From: Trueperaceae bacterium
Lineage (GTDB): Bacteria; Deinococcota; Deinococci; Deinococcales; Trueperaceae
DNA: 64,000 nt
Reading direction: 5' to 3'
NCBI GenBank assembly: GCA_034520945.1
Contig: JAXHNB010000002.1
Location: 32,001 to 96,000, forward strand
Shown here: in pieces, positions 49,384 to 58,419 of the stretch
How the letters are laid out: each line of letters begins with the position of its first letter
Position numbering within the stretch: the stretch's first letter is position 1
The notes under the pieces: generated by a model
Databases searched by the model: none
What the model saw: the letters and a program-made list of their open reading frames with translations, nothing else
What the model was told of the DNA's origin: nothing
Made by a program: the position numbers and the translations under genes

Positions 49384-50391
49384 ATGAGAATGCGGTGGTT
49401 GATCTCGTTGGCATGCGTCCTGTTGTTCGGAAGCGCGTCGTCTCAGGGCGACGTCATCGTCTACTCGCCGTTCAATGACGAGTTCATGCAGGCCTTGGCG
49501 GAGCCTTTCACGGAGGACACCGGTTCGCAGGTCCTCAACATCGTCATTTCGACCGGTGAATCCCAGAGTCGCTTGCGTGCAGAGGCGCAGCGGCCACAAG
49601 CCGACGTGTGGCTGTCGGTCCGTCCGGCCGTCCTCCATCAAGCGTACGAAGAAGAACTGATCGAACCGTACGAACCCGCCGGTGCGGATACCGTGTTGCC
49701 CGCCTACCAGTACGACGAAGCGCATATTCAAGCGGTCGGTACCTATCCGTTGGTGTTCTTCTACAACTCGAACCTGGTGGAGCAGATGGGCATCGAGCCG
49801 CCCTCGGGCGACTGGGACCAACTCCTGGTCGAGGAATACGCCGACAACGTCGTCATGCCCCACCCGGCCACGTCGGGCACGGCCCGGGCCGCACTCGGCA
49901 CGATGCTGCAAATGCCCATGCAGGCGGGGGGCAGCGAGGACGATGGCTGGGCCTACGTCTCGGAACTGAACCGAAGCGTGGCGCAGTTCACGCGCAGCGG
50001 GCGGGCGCCGCAGACGCTGGTCGCCCAGGGCGAGTATCCCGTCGGCATCGGCTTCTACGACGCCGTGTGGCAGCTGCAGCAGGAGGGTTTCCCGCTCGAG
50101 GTGGTGGTGCCCGATCCCGTGTTCGCCGAGCCGTACGGCGCCGCGCTGGTCGCGGGCGGTCCGAATCCTGAAGCGGCGCGGGCGTTCTTCGACTACCTGT
50201 TGACGCCGACGGCGCAAGAGATCCTGACGCAGTTCGGCAACTACCCGATCATCGACGGCGTGTCGCCGCCGGAAGGTGGCGTGAGCATTCCGAGCGAGCA
50301 GGTGATCGACGTTCCGTTCCAGTGGCTGGCGGACAATACGGACCGGCTTCTGGAGCGCTTCCAGGAAGAAACCCAGGCCGAACCGCAGTAG
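49384..50391 (+). CDS. ABC substrate-binding protein, Fe3+/thiamine/phosphonate (AfuA/FbpA-like) family
   Basis: GGGAGG RBS, signal peptide, RPQADVW, MPHPATSGTA, VAQGEYPVGI, NPEAARAFFDYLLT. Confidence 0.85.
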   Translation: MRMRWLISLACVLLFGSASSQGDVIVYSPFNDEFMQALAEPFTEDTGSQVLNIVISTGESQSRLRAEAQRPQADVWLSVRPAVLHQAYEEELIEPYEPAGADTVLPAYQYDEAHIQAVGTYPLVFFYNSNLVEQMGIEPPSGDWDQLLVEEYADNVVMPHPATSGTARAALGTMLQMPMQAGGSEDDGWAYVSELNRSVAQFTRSGRAPQTLVAQGEYPVGIGFYDAVWQLQQEGFPLEVVVPDPVFAEPYGAALVAGGPNPEAARAFFDYLLTPTAQEILTQFGNYPIIDGVSPPEGGVSIPSEQVIDVPFQWLADNTDRLLERFQEETQAEPQ

Positions 50392-50425
50392 CCATAGACC
50401 GCACGTCACCCTCAGCCAAGACTGT

Positions 50426-50460
50426 GCGCGCGACGTTCCGGAAGGGGACGCGTCGCGCGT
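50426..50460 (+). terminator. Intercistronic stem-loop after SBP
   Basis: GCGCGCGACG ... CGTCGCGCGT inverted repeat; no U-tract. Confidence 0.45.
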
Positions 50461-50487
50461 GCGGGTCTGTGGAAGCGATCTGATTCA

Positions 50488-52248
50488 GTGGGAGCCGATG
50501 ATCCCGTGACCGACGCGACCGAGGCCGCTCCAGCCGTGCGGCGCGTACGCACGCGCCCTCGCTTCTTACGTGAACCTGCGGTGCTCGTTGCCTACCTGGC
50601 CGTGATCTTCACCGTTCTCGCGCTGGTCCTGCTACCGACCTACAGTATTCTCGTGGAGAGCATCCGCGTCGACGAAGGCTGGAGCCTGGCGAACTACCAG
50701 CGGTTCTTTTCGTCGATCCACTTCCGGAACACGCTCTACAACACGCTCGCGGTGGCGTCCATCGCCACCGCGATCTCGCTCGTGCTGGGACTGACGTTCG
50801 CGTACGTGGTGGTGCGTACGCGGCTGCCGCTTCGTGGCTTCTTCGCCGCGGTCGTTCTCGTGCCGATGCTGCTGCCAGCATTCCTCATCGCATTCGCGCT
50901 CATTCTTCTGCTCGGACGCAACGGTGTCGTGAACCAGTTCCTGTTCAAGTTGGGCGAGACGCTGGGGCTGGCCGACCCGTCGGTACTCCAGTGGGTCATC
51001 TTCGGTCCGCACGGGGTGATTCTGGCGCAGACGCTCACCTTCTTCCCCATGGCGTTTCTGGTGTTCAGCGCTGCGCTATCGGCCATCGACGCGAGGCTGG
51101 AAGAAGCAGCCGAGGACCTCGGGGCAGGCTACGGAACGATCATGCGGCGCGTGACCCTCCCGCTACTCGTTCCCGCAGCGTTCAGCTCAGCGCTTCTGGT
51201 GTTCATGTTCAACGTGTCCGCCTTCGGCGCCCCCGCCATTCTCGGGGGTCGGGGTCTGTTCTTCGGCAACGCCAACATGCTTGCGCCTGAAGCGATCCTG
51301 CAGATTCTCGGCGTGTACAACTGGGGGATGGGCGCGACGATCGCGGTGATCCTGATCGTGCCTTCGCTGCTGTTGTACGTCGTGGGCGAGTTCTACGTGA
51401 AGCGACGAAGCTACGTCACGGTGACGGGCACGCCTACGGCGTTCGAGCCACGCAAGGTACCAAGGCCGGTCGCCGCGGTCTTGTTCCTGGTGTGCTTGGC
51501 GACCTCGCTGTTCATCCTGGCCGTCATCGTCGTGATGGGATTCGGTGCTTTCACCCAAACGTGGGGGGTCGATTACGGCTTTACGTGGCAACACATGGAG
51601 ACGGCGCTGAATGCATCGCGCCGTTCGATCACCAACAGCATTTGGATGTCGCTCGTCGGTGCCCTCGCCGCCGCCGTGTTCGGGATCTTGGCCGCCTACC
51701 TCTACGGTCGCCGTCCGTTTCCCGGCGTGCAAGTCCTGGACTTCACCACCATGTTGCCCTATGCCCTGCCGGGCGTGGTGATGGGGCTCGGGTTCGCAAT
51801 CGCGTTCAGTGGCCGCATCGGGTTCGTCGTCCTCTCGGGCACGGCGCTCATCATCCTCCTCAATCACTTCATTCGGCGCATGCCGTTCGGGCTCCGGAGT
51901 GGCGCCGGCGCCCTCAAACAGATCGACCCCGAGATCGAGGACGCCGCCGCCGATTTGGGCGCCTCCCCCGTCTATAGCTTCACGAGGGTGACCTTGCCGC
52001 TGTTGCGCGCCACCTTTCTCGGCGCATTCGTCTTCGGCTTCATCAACATGATGACGGACATCACTGCCGTGATTTTCCTGGTGTCGCCTCGCTGGCGGCT
52101 GTTGTCGATCGACCTCTTCAACGCGATCGACGCAGGCCGGCTCGGTGTGGCTGCTTCTTTGTCCGTCATCATGGTGCTGTCGACGTTCGCCATCTTGCTT
52201 TTCGCGTGGTGGTTGAGCGGGCGGAGCGACGAGCTCCTTCGTCGCTAG
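50488..52248 (+). CDS. ABC permease, fused two-domain FbpB/AfuB-like
   Basis: Two EAA loops (LEEAAEDLGA, IEDAAADLGA), many TM segments. Confidence 0.88.
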   Translation: MGADDPVTDATEAAPAVRRVRTRPRFLREPAVLVAYLAVIFTVLALVLLPTYSILVESIRVDEGWSLANYQRFFSSIHFRNTLYNTLAVASIATAISLVLGLTFAYVVVRTRLPLRGFFAAVVLVPMLLPAFLIAFALILLLGRNGVVNQFLFKLGETLGLADPSVLQWVIFGPHGVILAQTLTFFPMAFLVFSAALSAIDARLEEAAEDLGAGYGTIMRRVTLPLLVPAAFSSALLVFMFNVSAFGAPAILGGRGLFFGNANMLAPEAILQILGVYNWGMGATIAVILIVPSLLLYVVGEFYVKRRSYVTVTGTPTAFEPRKVPRPVAAVLFLVCLATSLFILAVIVVMGFGAFTQTWGVDYGFTWQHMETALNASRRSITNSIWMSLVGALAAAVFGILAAYLYGRRPFPGVQVLDFTTMLPYALPGVVMGLGFAIAFSGRIGFVVLSGTALIILLNHFIRRMPFGLRSGAGALKQIDPEIEDAAADLGASPVYSFTRVTLPLLRATFLGAFVFGFINMMTDITAVIFLVSPRWRLLSIDLFNAIDAGRLGVAASLSVIMVLSTFAILLFAWWLSGRSDELLRR

Positions 52249-52261
52249 AGGGAGGAACTTC

Positions 52262-53388
52262 GTGTCAGACACCGTCAAAGCCTTGGAGCCCCAGCCGGTC
52301 GTGCTGCGGGGGTGCGCAAGCGCTTCGGGCGCGACGTCGCCGTGGATGGGATCACCGTCACGGCCCGGGCCGGTGAGTTGACGACGCTGGTCGGGCCGTC
52401 GGGTTGCGGCAAGACGACCACGCTCCGGGCCATCGGCGGATTCCTCGACCCTGAAGAGGGCGAAATCCTGATCGGGGACCGTGTCGTTAACGGCGTTCCA
52501 CCGAGCCGCCGCTCGACGCGCACGGTGTTTCAGAATTACGCGCTGTTTCCTCACATGAGCGTGTTCGAGAACGTAGCGTTCGGCTTGCGGGCAACCGGCG
52601 CGCGGCGAAGCGAGATTCCAACCCGTGTCGGCGAGTCACTCGAGATCGTGGGCCTCAGCGGGCTCGAGCGGCGCGCCTCGGGCGAGTTGTCCGGAGGGCA
52701 GCAACAGCGCGTGGCATTCGCGCGGGCACTTGTTACCCGGCCCGAGGTGCTGCTCTTGGACGAGCCGCTGTCGAATCTCGACGCGAAGCTACGCATTCAG
52801 ATGCGCGGAGAGATCCGGCGGATCCAGCAGGAGGTCGGCATCACGACCGTGTACGTCACGCACGATCAGGAGGAGGCCATGAGCCTCTCGGATCACATGG
52901 TGGTCATGAACCAGGGACGTGTAGAGCAGCAGGGCCTTCCTCACGAGGTGTACGAGGCACCCGCCAGCAAGTTCGTCGCGAGCTTCATCGGTGTCACGAA
53001 CTTCGTGCCAGCCGAGATCGAATCGCGAACCGCGGACACGTTTCGTGTGCGTTCGCTGGGTGTCCATATGGACGTTCCGAGGCCGCCGACCGTGGATGAG
53101 GAGACGTCGGCGGCGACCATGGTGGTCAGGCCGGAACACCTCCACGTGGTGCGGGCAGGCGAAGAGGAGGCCGAGGTGGGGTCGTCCATGCCGCGGGCCC
53201 AGTACCTTCGTGGCACCGTGCGGGAAGTGAGCTACCTCGGAGCAGCCGCGAGCTACCGCGTCAAAGTGGCGTCAGGCGAAGAGCTCACCGTCCAAGACCC
53301 AGCCCCCCATGGCGCGGACCTACATCGTGTCGGGCAAGAGGTGACCCTCCTGCTGGAGGTGCCACGGGTCTATCTCTTGCCGACATGA
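52262..53388 (+). CDS. ABC ATP-binding protein (FbpC/PotA-like) with TOBE domain; -1 indel in G-run 52308-52312
   Basis: GPSGCGKTT, VFQNYALFPH, LSGGQQQR, LDEPLSNLD; GGGAGG RBS precedes GTG 52262, which is one base out of frame with the body. Confidence 0.88.
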
Positions 53389-54924
53389 CGTCAGAGAGGA
53401 CGGTGACGTCTTCGGATGCGCGCAGGGCGCGCTTTCGGGGATGTCGTGTTGCGAACGCGAGCCCTTCAGGCGCCCACGTCTGAAGCGGGCTCGACACGAC
53501 GTTCGGCTGGCTGTTTCACGACCCCCTACCCCACCGGTCACCAACCACGCCAGCACCACCACGATCGCCAGTCCGCCCACCCAGTCGCCGAGCCGCACGT
53601 ACGGGGTAAGCCCTCGATGCGGGCGCACCGGCGCCACCGTCCCGGTCGCCGAGCCGTGCGGCAGTCGCCGCACGATGTCGCCGCGTGGGTCGAACACCGC
53701 ACTCGGCCCGGACTGGCTGGCGAACACCGTGGCGCGGGCGGTTTCGGCGGCCCGGAACGCGGTGACGCGCAGGTGCAGCTCGGGCGTGACGGTGGTGCCG
53801 GCGAAGCTGTCCTCGGTGACGTAGATCAGGATCTCGGCCCCGTCCGACACCGAGGTGCGGCCGAGCGAACCGAACACGCTGTCCAGGCAGATGCCGAGCC
53901 CGACGGCGTGGCCCGCCACCTCCAGCGGGGGGACCGCCTCGCCGGCGGTGTAGCGCGCCTCGTTGATGGGCACCAGGGCGCGTTTGCGGTAGGCCTCGCG
54001 CAGCCTCCCCTCCTGCCAGTGGAAGACGGCGTTGTAGGAGCGCCCCTCGCGGTAGGAGACGCCCCCCACCAACGCCAGCGGGGCGGGCGCCAGCGCGTCC
54101 GCGAGGTAGTCCGGCACGTGGCCGGGACGTACGGCCTGCGGAATGGCCGTCTCGCCCCACACCACCAGGTCGGCGCCCCGCTCGGCGGCCTGGGCGGTCA
54201 GCTCGGCGTAGGGCTCGACCATGCGCTGGGCGGCCGCCCGGTCGAAGCGCGCCATCAGCGAGGCGGCGCTGGACACGGCGCCCTGAGCGATCCCGACGCG
54301 AAGCGGCGTGCTTTGCCCGTCGCCGGCCGTCACGCCCGGCACGGGAAGCACCGGCGCGATCGCCACCACCCCCAGCACGGCCAGCGCCGGCGCCACGCCC
54401 CGCCACCGCAGCAGCGCGAACAGCGCCACGTTGATCAGCAGCACGGCCAGGCTCACCCCGCTGATGCCGCTCCAGGGCGCCAGCCCCATCAGCGGCGTGT
54501 CGAACTGCGTGTAGCCCGCGGCGCTCATGCCGTTCGCGAAGTCGCCGAACAGGGCGCGCTGCGCCGGAAGGTACTCCGCCGCGATCCACCACGCCGGAAA
54601 GCTCCACAGCGCGGCGGTGGGGCCTGCGATCCGCGCGATCAGGATGTACCCGGCCCCCGCCAGCGCCATCCAGAGGCCGGCAACGACGGCCAGCAGCGGG
54701 TACGCCCACGGGACGGCCGCGGCGACGCCTTCGAACGCCACCAGGCCGGTTCCGAGCGAGGCGATCCAGCCGGCCAGCGCGCCCCGCCAGGCCGACCGTT
54801 CGCCGCTGAGCACGTACAGCAGCGGCAGGTACGCCGCCAGCGCGATCCAGCCCGGCCCCCAGGGCCGGTGCGCGGCGCTCATCAGCGCCGCGCTGAGCAG
54901 CGCGAACGCCAGCAGCCGCGTCAC
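53320..54924 (-). CDS. lnt: Apolipoprotein N-acyltransferase
   Basis: N-terminal TM bundle, GYTQ, nitrilase-fold triad VVWGET (E), YRKRALVP (K), GICLDS (C), SGPSAVFDPRG; 3' end uncertain (overlaps the convergent ATPase). Confidence 0.85.
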   Translation of the reverse strand: MTRLLAFALLSAALMSAAHRPWGPGWIALAAYLPLLYVLSGERSAWRGALAGWIASLGTGLVAFEGVAAAVPWAYPLLAVVAGLWMALAGAGYILIARIAGPTAALWSFPAWWIAAEYLPAQRALFGDFANGMSAAGYTQFDTPLMGLAPWSGISGVSLAVLLINVALFALLRWRGVAPALAVLGVVAIAPVLPVPGVTAGDGQSTPLRVGIAQGAVSSAASLMARFDRAAAQRMVEPYAELTAQAAERGADLVVWGETAIPQAVRPGHVPDYLADALAPAPLALVGGVSYREGRSYNAVFHWQEGRLREAYRKRALVPINEARYTAGEAVPPLEVAGHAVGLGICLDSVFGSLGRTSVSDGAEILIYVTEDSFAGTTVTPELHLRVTAFRAAETARATVFASQSGPSAVFDPRGDIVRRLPHGSATGTVAPVRPHRGLTPYVRLGDWVGGLAIVVVLAWLVTGGVGGRETASRTSCRARFRRGRLKGSRSQHDIPESAPCAHPKTSPSSLTSCRQEIDPWHLQQEGHLLPDTM

Positions 54925-55481
54925 CGCCACGGCTCCGGTTGCGGCGGCGGGTCGGGGAACGCCAAGGCCCGGCCCGTCCACGCCTCCACGAACGCCTGCA
55001 ACGGGTACAACACCTGCCCCGTCGTCGGATCGGTGGCGTACACGTAGCCGTCGCGCACCTGGCGCACCAGCAGCAGACGGCCGCCCTCCTCACCAAGGTG
55101 CGCCACGAACGGCACGTTCAGGCGCGACAGGGCGGCCGGGTCGGCCTCCACCCAGCGTCCGTCGAAGCCGAGGCGAGCCGCCGCGTCCCGCATTCCGTCC
55201 AAGGTGCCGTCGAAGCCCGCCTCGTCCAAGCGGCGCTGTACCGCCTCCTCGGACAGGGGCCGCCCCTGCCAGTGCCGCAGCGTGGCCAGCGTCGCCGCCG
55301 CCCCGAAGCGCCCCGTTCGTTGCGGCACCGGCGCCTCGCGGTCGGTGACGTAGCGCTGCCCGTCGAAGCGGGGGTGCGCCCGCCAGTCGTTCCGCCAGGC
55401 CGCGTCGTAGGCGTTCCATGCCGCCGGCCCGAACAGGGCCAGGGCGGCGACGGCGAGGATCCAGAGGTCGCGGCGCTTCAT
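54921..55481 (-). CDS. Exported/membrane-anchored peptidase C39-like domain protein lacking the catalytic Cys and His
   Basis: Signal/TM segment, then QRTGRFGAAATLATL, TLDGMRDAAARLGF, LNVPFVAHL, RLLLV, DPTTG, FVEAWTGRAL: C39 fold pattern with no Cys in the protein. Confidence 0.7.
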   Translation of the reverse strand: MKRRDLWILAVAALALFGPAAWNAYDAAWRNDWRAHPRFDGQRYVTDREAPVPQRTGRFGAAATLATLRHWQGRPLSEEAVQRRLDEAGFDGTLDGMRDAAARLGFDGRWVEADPAALSRLNVPFVAHLGEEGGRLLLVRQVRDGYVYATDPTTGQVLYPLQAFVEAWTGRALAFPDPPPQPEPWR

Positions 55482-55566
55482 GCGTGCACGCCCATCCACG
55501 AACGGGTGCAGCCGGTCGGCACGCCGCCGGCTGCACCCGCAGATCGTTCGAACGTTCCCCGTGGGT

Positions 55567-56494
55567 TCAGTTGGCCGCCTCGAAGGTGACGAAGTTGAAC
55601 GCGCCTTGCACGGGGCTGCCGTCTGTCATCGACGAGTTGACGATGACTTGGATCTGGTCGAAGCGGGACGTACGGTCTGCGCTGAATGGTCGCCGCGACG
55701 GGCGTCACGACGGTGGTGAAGTTTCGGTAGTCGTAGTTCACCCCGTCAATGTCGATTCGGTACACGTTGTTGCTGCCATCGTAGCTGGCGGTCCAGTTGT
55801 CGGTGCCCGTGTACTTCGCGCCGTTGTCGTCGACCGTGCCGAACGCCAACGGAAGCCCGCTGCCGACGTCGTTGCTGATCGTTCCTTCGCTGGCGTCGAG
55901 GTGCAGGGTGGGATCCTCCGTACCGCCCGTGCCCATGTCGCCGAGCCGAAGGCTGCCGTCTTCCTCGGCCACGAGCGTCACGTTCAGGGCGTTGGCGCCG
56001 GCGATGAAGGGTCCGTTCCCGTTGGACTTCAGGGCGATGGCGGGGCCGGCGCCCTGCTGCTTGACGGTCACGGCGCCGACGTCGTCCTCGTCGTTCTGGC
56101 TGCTGAACACCGCGGCGCTGCCGCTGCCCGTGTTGGTGTTCTCGACGTAGAACACCGTGTTCGCGTCGAGGTCATCGGGCGATTCGGCGTCCGCCGAGAT
56201 CTCCAGGCGGCCGCTCATGGTGTCGCCGGCCACGTCCACCTTGTCGTTCTGCAGCGCGCCGATGTCACTGGCGTTGGTGGCGATGTCGGTCTCGTTGGTG
56301 TTGATCTGCGTCTGCGCGTCGCTGAAGTTGTCGTTGATGGTGCCGAACAGGTCGTTCAGGTCGGAGGCCTGCAGCACGTCGCCGTCCGCGAAGCTGGACG
56401 AGGTGTCGTCGAAGCTCACCGCGGCCAGCGTCCACAGGCCGAAGGCGAGCGTGAGCGTGAACAGGGTGGCGGCGAAGATGCGAAGTCGGTTCAT
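55567..56494 (-). CDS. Secreted acidic fibre-like protein; frameshift near 55690
   Basis: GAGGGAG RBS, signal peptide, FADGDVLQASDLNDLFGTINDNF, short coiled coil, DKVDVAGDTMSG, beta-rich body; C-terminus ...QIQVIVNSSMTDGSPVQGAFNFVTFEAAN in the adjacent frame. Confidence 0.7.
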
Positions 56495-56524
56495 GGGATC
56501 TCCCTCGCGAGGTCGGGTTCGGCG

Positions 56525-57323
56525 TCAGTCCAGCACGCAGCTGCCGAGCAGCGAGCTGCCCAACTGGCATGTATCGAGAACGGTGGTGCCCGTGGTGAAC
56601 GAGAACGTCGAAGGCGGCGTTCAGGGCGGTGCCGGCCGCGCTTTCGGCGCCCGTGCCGATGGTGAGCGTGTAGCTGGTGTCCGCGTTCAGGTCGGTGTCA
56701 GGATTGCAGGTCAGGACGTCGCCCGCGGCGTTCCAAATGAAGGTGCAGTCGATGGAGGGGGTGGCGCTGAACGCGCCCTCGGTCGCGGCCTGATTCATCG
56801 CCTCGCTGAAGCGCACCTTCACGTTCGCGTTGCGGGCCACGTCCGTGGCGCCACCTGTTGGGGTGGTGCCGGTCACGCTCGGGCCCGGTCCGCCGGCGGT
56901 CGTGAACGAGAAGGCGTGGTCGCTGCCGAGCGTGCTTCCGCCCGTGCTCTCCGCCGTAGCGCCGATGGTGATCGTGTACGACGTGCCGGCCGACAGGTCG
57001 CTCTGCGGATCGCAGGTGAGCCGGTCGCCCGCCGCGTTCCAGGAAACGTCGCACGCGAGGGCCGGTGAGGCGCTGAACGCGTTTTCGGTGGGGCCTTGCG
57101 CCATCGAGGTGGAGAAGTCCACCACGATGTCGGCGCCGGTGGCGACGTTGGCGCTTCCGTCGGACGGCGTGGTGCCGGTGACGCTGGGTCCGCCGGTCGG
57201 CGAGGAGGGACCCCCGCAGGCGGTCACGAGCAGCAAGAGTGCCAGCGCCAAGCCAAGGGGGGCACGGCGTCGCCATGCACGGCGCGCCGCTCCGAGGGCC
57301 GGCCTCACGCGCGACCGATGCAT
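56525..57323 (-). CDS. Lipoprotein with two bacterial Ig-like (Big_5/SbsA-type) domains; +1 indel near 56605
   Basis: Lipobox LLLLVTA-C; two repeats PSVTGTTP...F S..M...W...LTC.P...L...TSYT.TI...A....G..L....FSFTT; corrected tail GTTVLDTCQLGSSLLGSCVLD-stop. Confidence 0.78.
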
Positions 57324-57645
57324 GCCCGGAGATTCGCGTCTCGATGTGGGTCACGAACGTGTTGCTGATCGGTCACGAAATCTACCTCCTCGTGACGGGT
57401 TCCGTGCGTGCAGCGCGTTGCCTGGCGGCACTGATCGCGCGCCGACGGGCCAATGCACTGAAGATGGTCAGACCCCATTGTTCGTGGTGGGGCGGCGTCG
57501 TGTCAAACGCCCGAAGGTGGGCACGGACGGACGGGTGCGCGTACGCAGGCGACGCAGGTAAGGTCGGCTCGGGCACCGACTTGTGCACGCCACCGGCACG
57601 GTGCCCCTGGCAGGGGCCGACACTCCCGCTCGAAGGAGGCGCGCG

Positions 57646-58402
57646 ATGGTTCGGAACGAAGGGGACGCCGTCGAGGAGAACGACCGCCCATGCGATGAAG
57701 CGGCGGCGACAGGTGCGGGTGCGTCGCACGAAGACGGCGCAGGCGACTTCTGGGACGATCCCGGACGTGGTCGAGGCGTTCGCTGCGCGGCCCCCCGATA
57801 CGCGCATGGTGGAAAGACTGGCGGATGCGCCGCGGTCCACCCGCGTGTTGGACCTGGGCTGCGCGGGTGGTCGCAACGCCGTGTGGCTGGCCGAGCACGG
57901 CTTCGACCTGCACGCTGTCGACGCGTCGGACGCCATGTGCGCCCGCACGCGGGACCGGCTCGGCCCCGTCCTGGGGCGAGCAGAGGCCGAGCGGCGCGTG
58001 CACCGGCGCCCCATGGACGACCTCGCGCCCTTCGGGGACGGGGCGTTCGACGTGATTCTCGCGTTCGGGATCTTCCATGCGGCGCAGAGCGAAGACGCCT
58101 GGCATCGCGCGGTGGCGGAGGCGGCGCGGGTGCTCGTCTCAGGGGGCGAGATGTGGGTGGCGCACTTCGCGCCGGAGTCCGACCCCACGGGCGAGGGGCT
58201 GCGGCGGGTCGAAGGGGAGGACCACCTGTACGAGGGCTTCCGTGGGCACCGCCACATCCTTTTGCTCCAGCCCGGTGAACTCGACGCGTGGGCCGCAGGG
58301 CACGGGTTCGTGCCCGTGACGCCGACCGAGGCGGTACGCGTGGTGCGGGGCGAGGGGTACCGCACCACCGTCAACGCGCGCTACCGGTTGGAAGGAGTCT
58401 GA
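57646..58402 (+). CDS. Class I SAM-dependent methyltransferase; +1 indel near 57760
   Basis: AAGGAGG RBS; DFWDDP|DVVEAFA across the frame change; VLDLGCAGGRN motif I, FDVILAFGIFH, ARVLVSGG. Confidence 0.82.
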
Positions 58403-58419
58403 GGAGGGGCTTCACCCCC

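Noticed and set aside
55567..57323. Prophage remnant explanation for the fibre-like gene
   Set aside because: Both genes carry export signals (signal peptide, lipobox) and no other phage genes are nearby.
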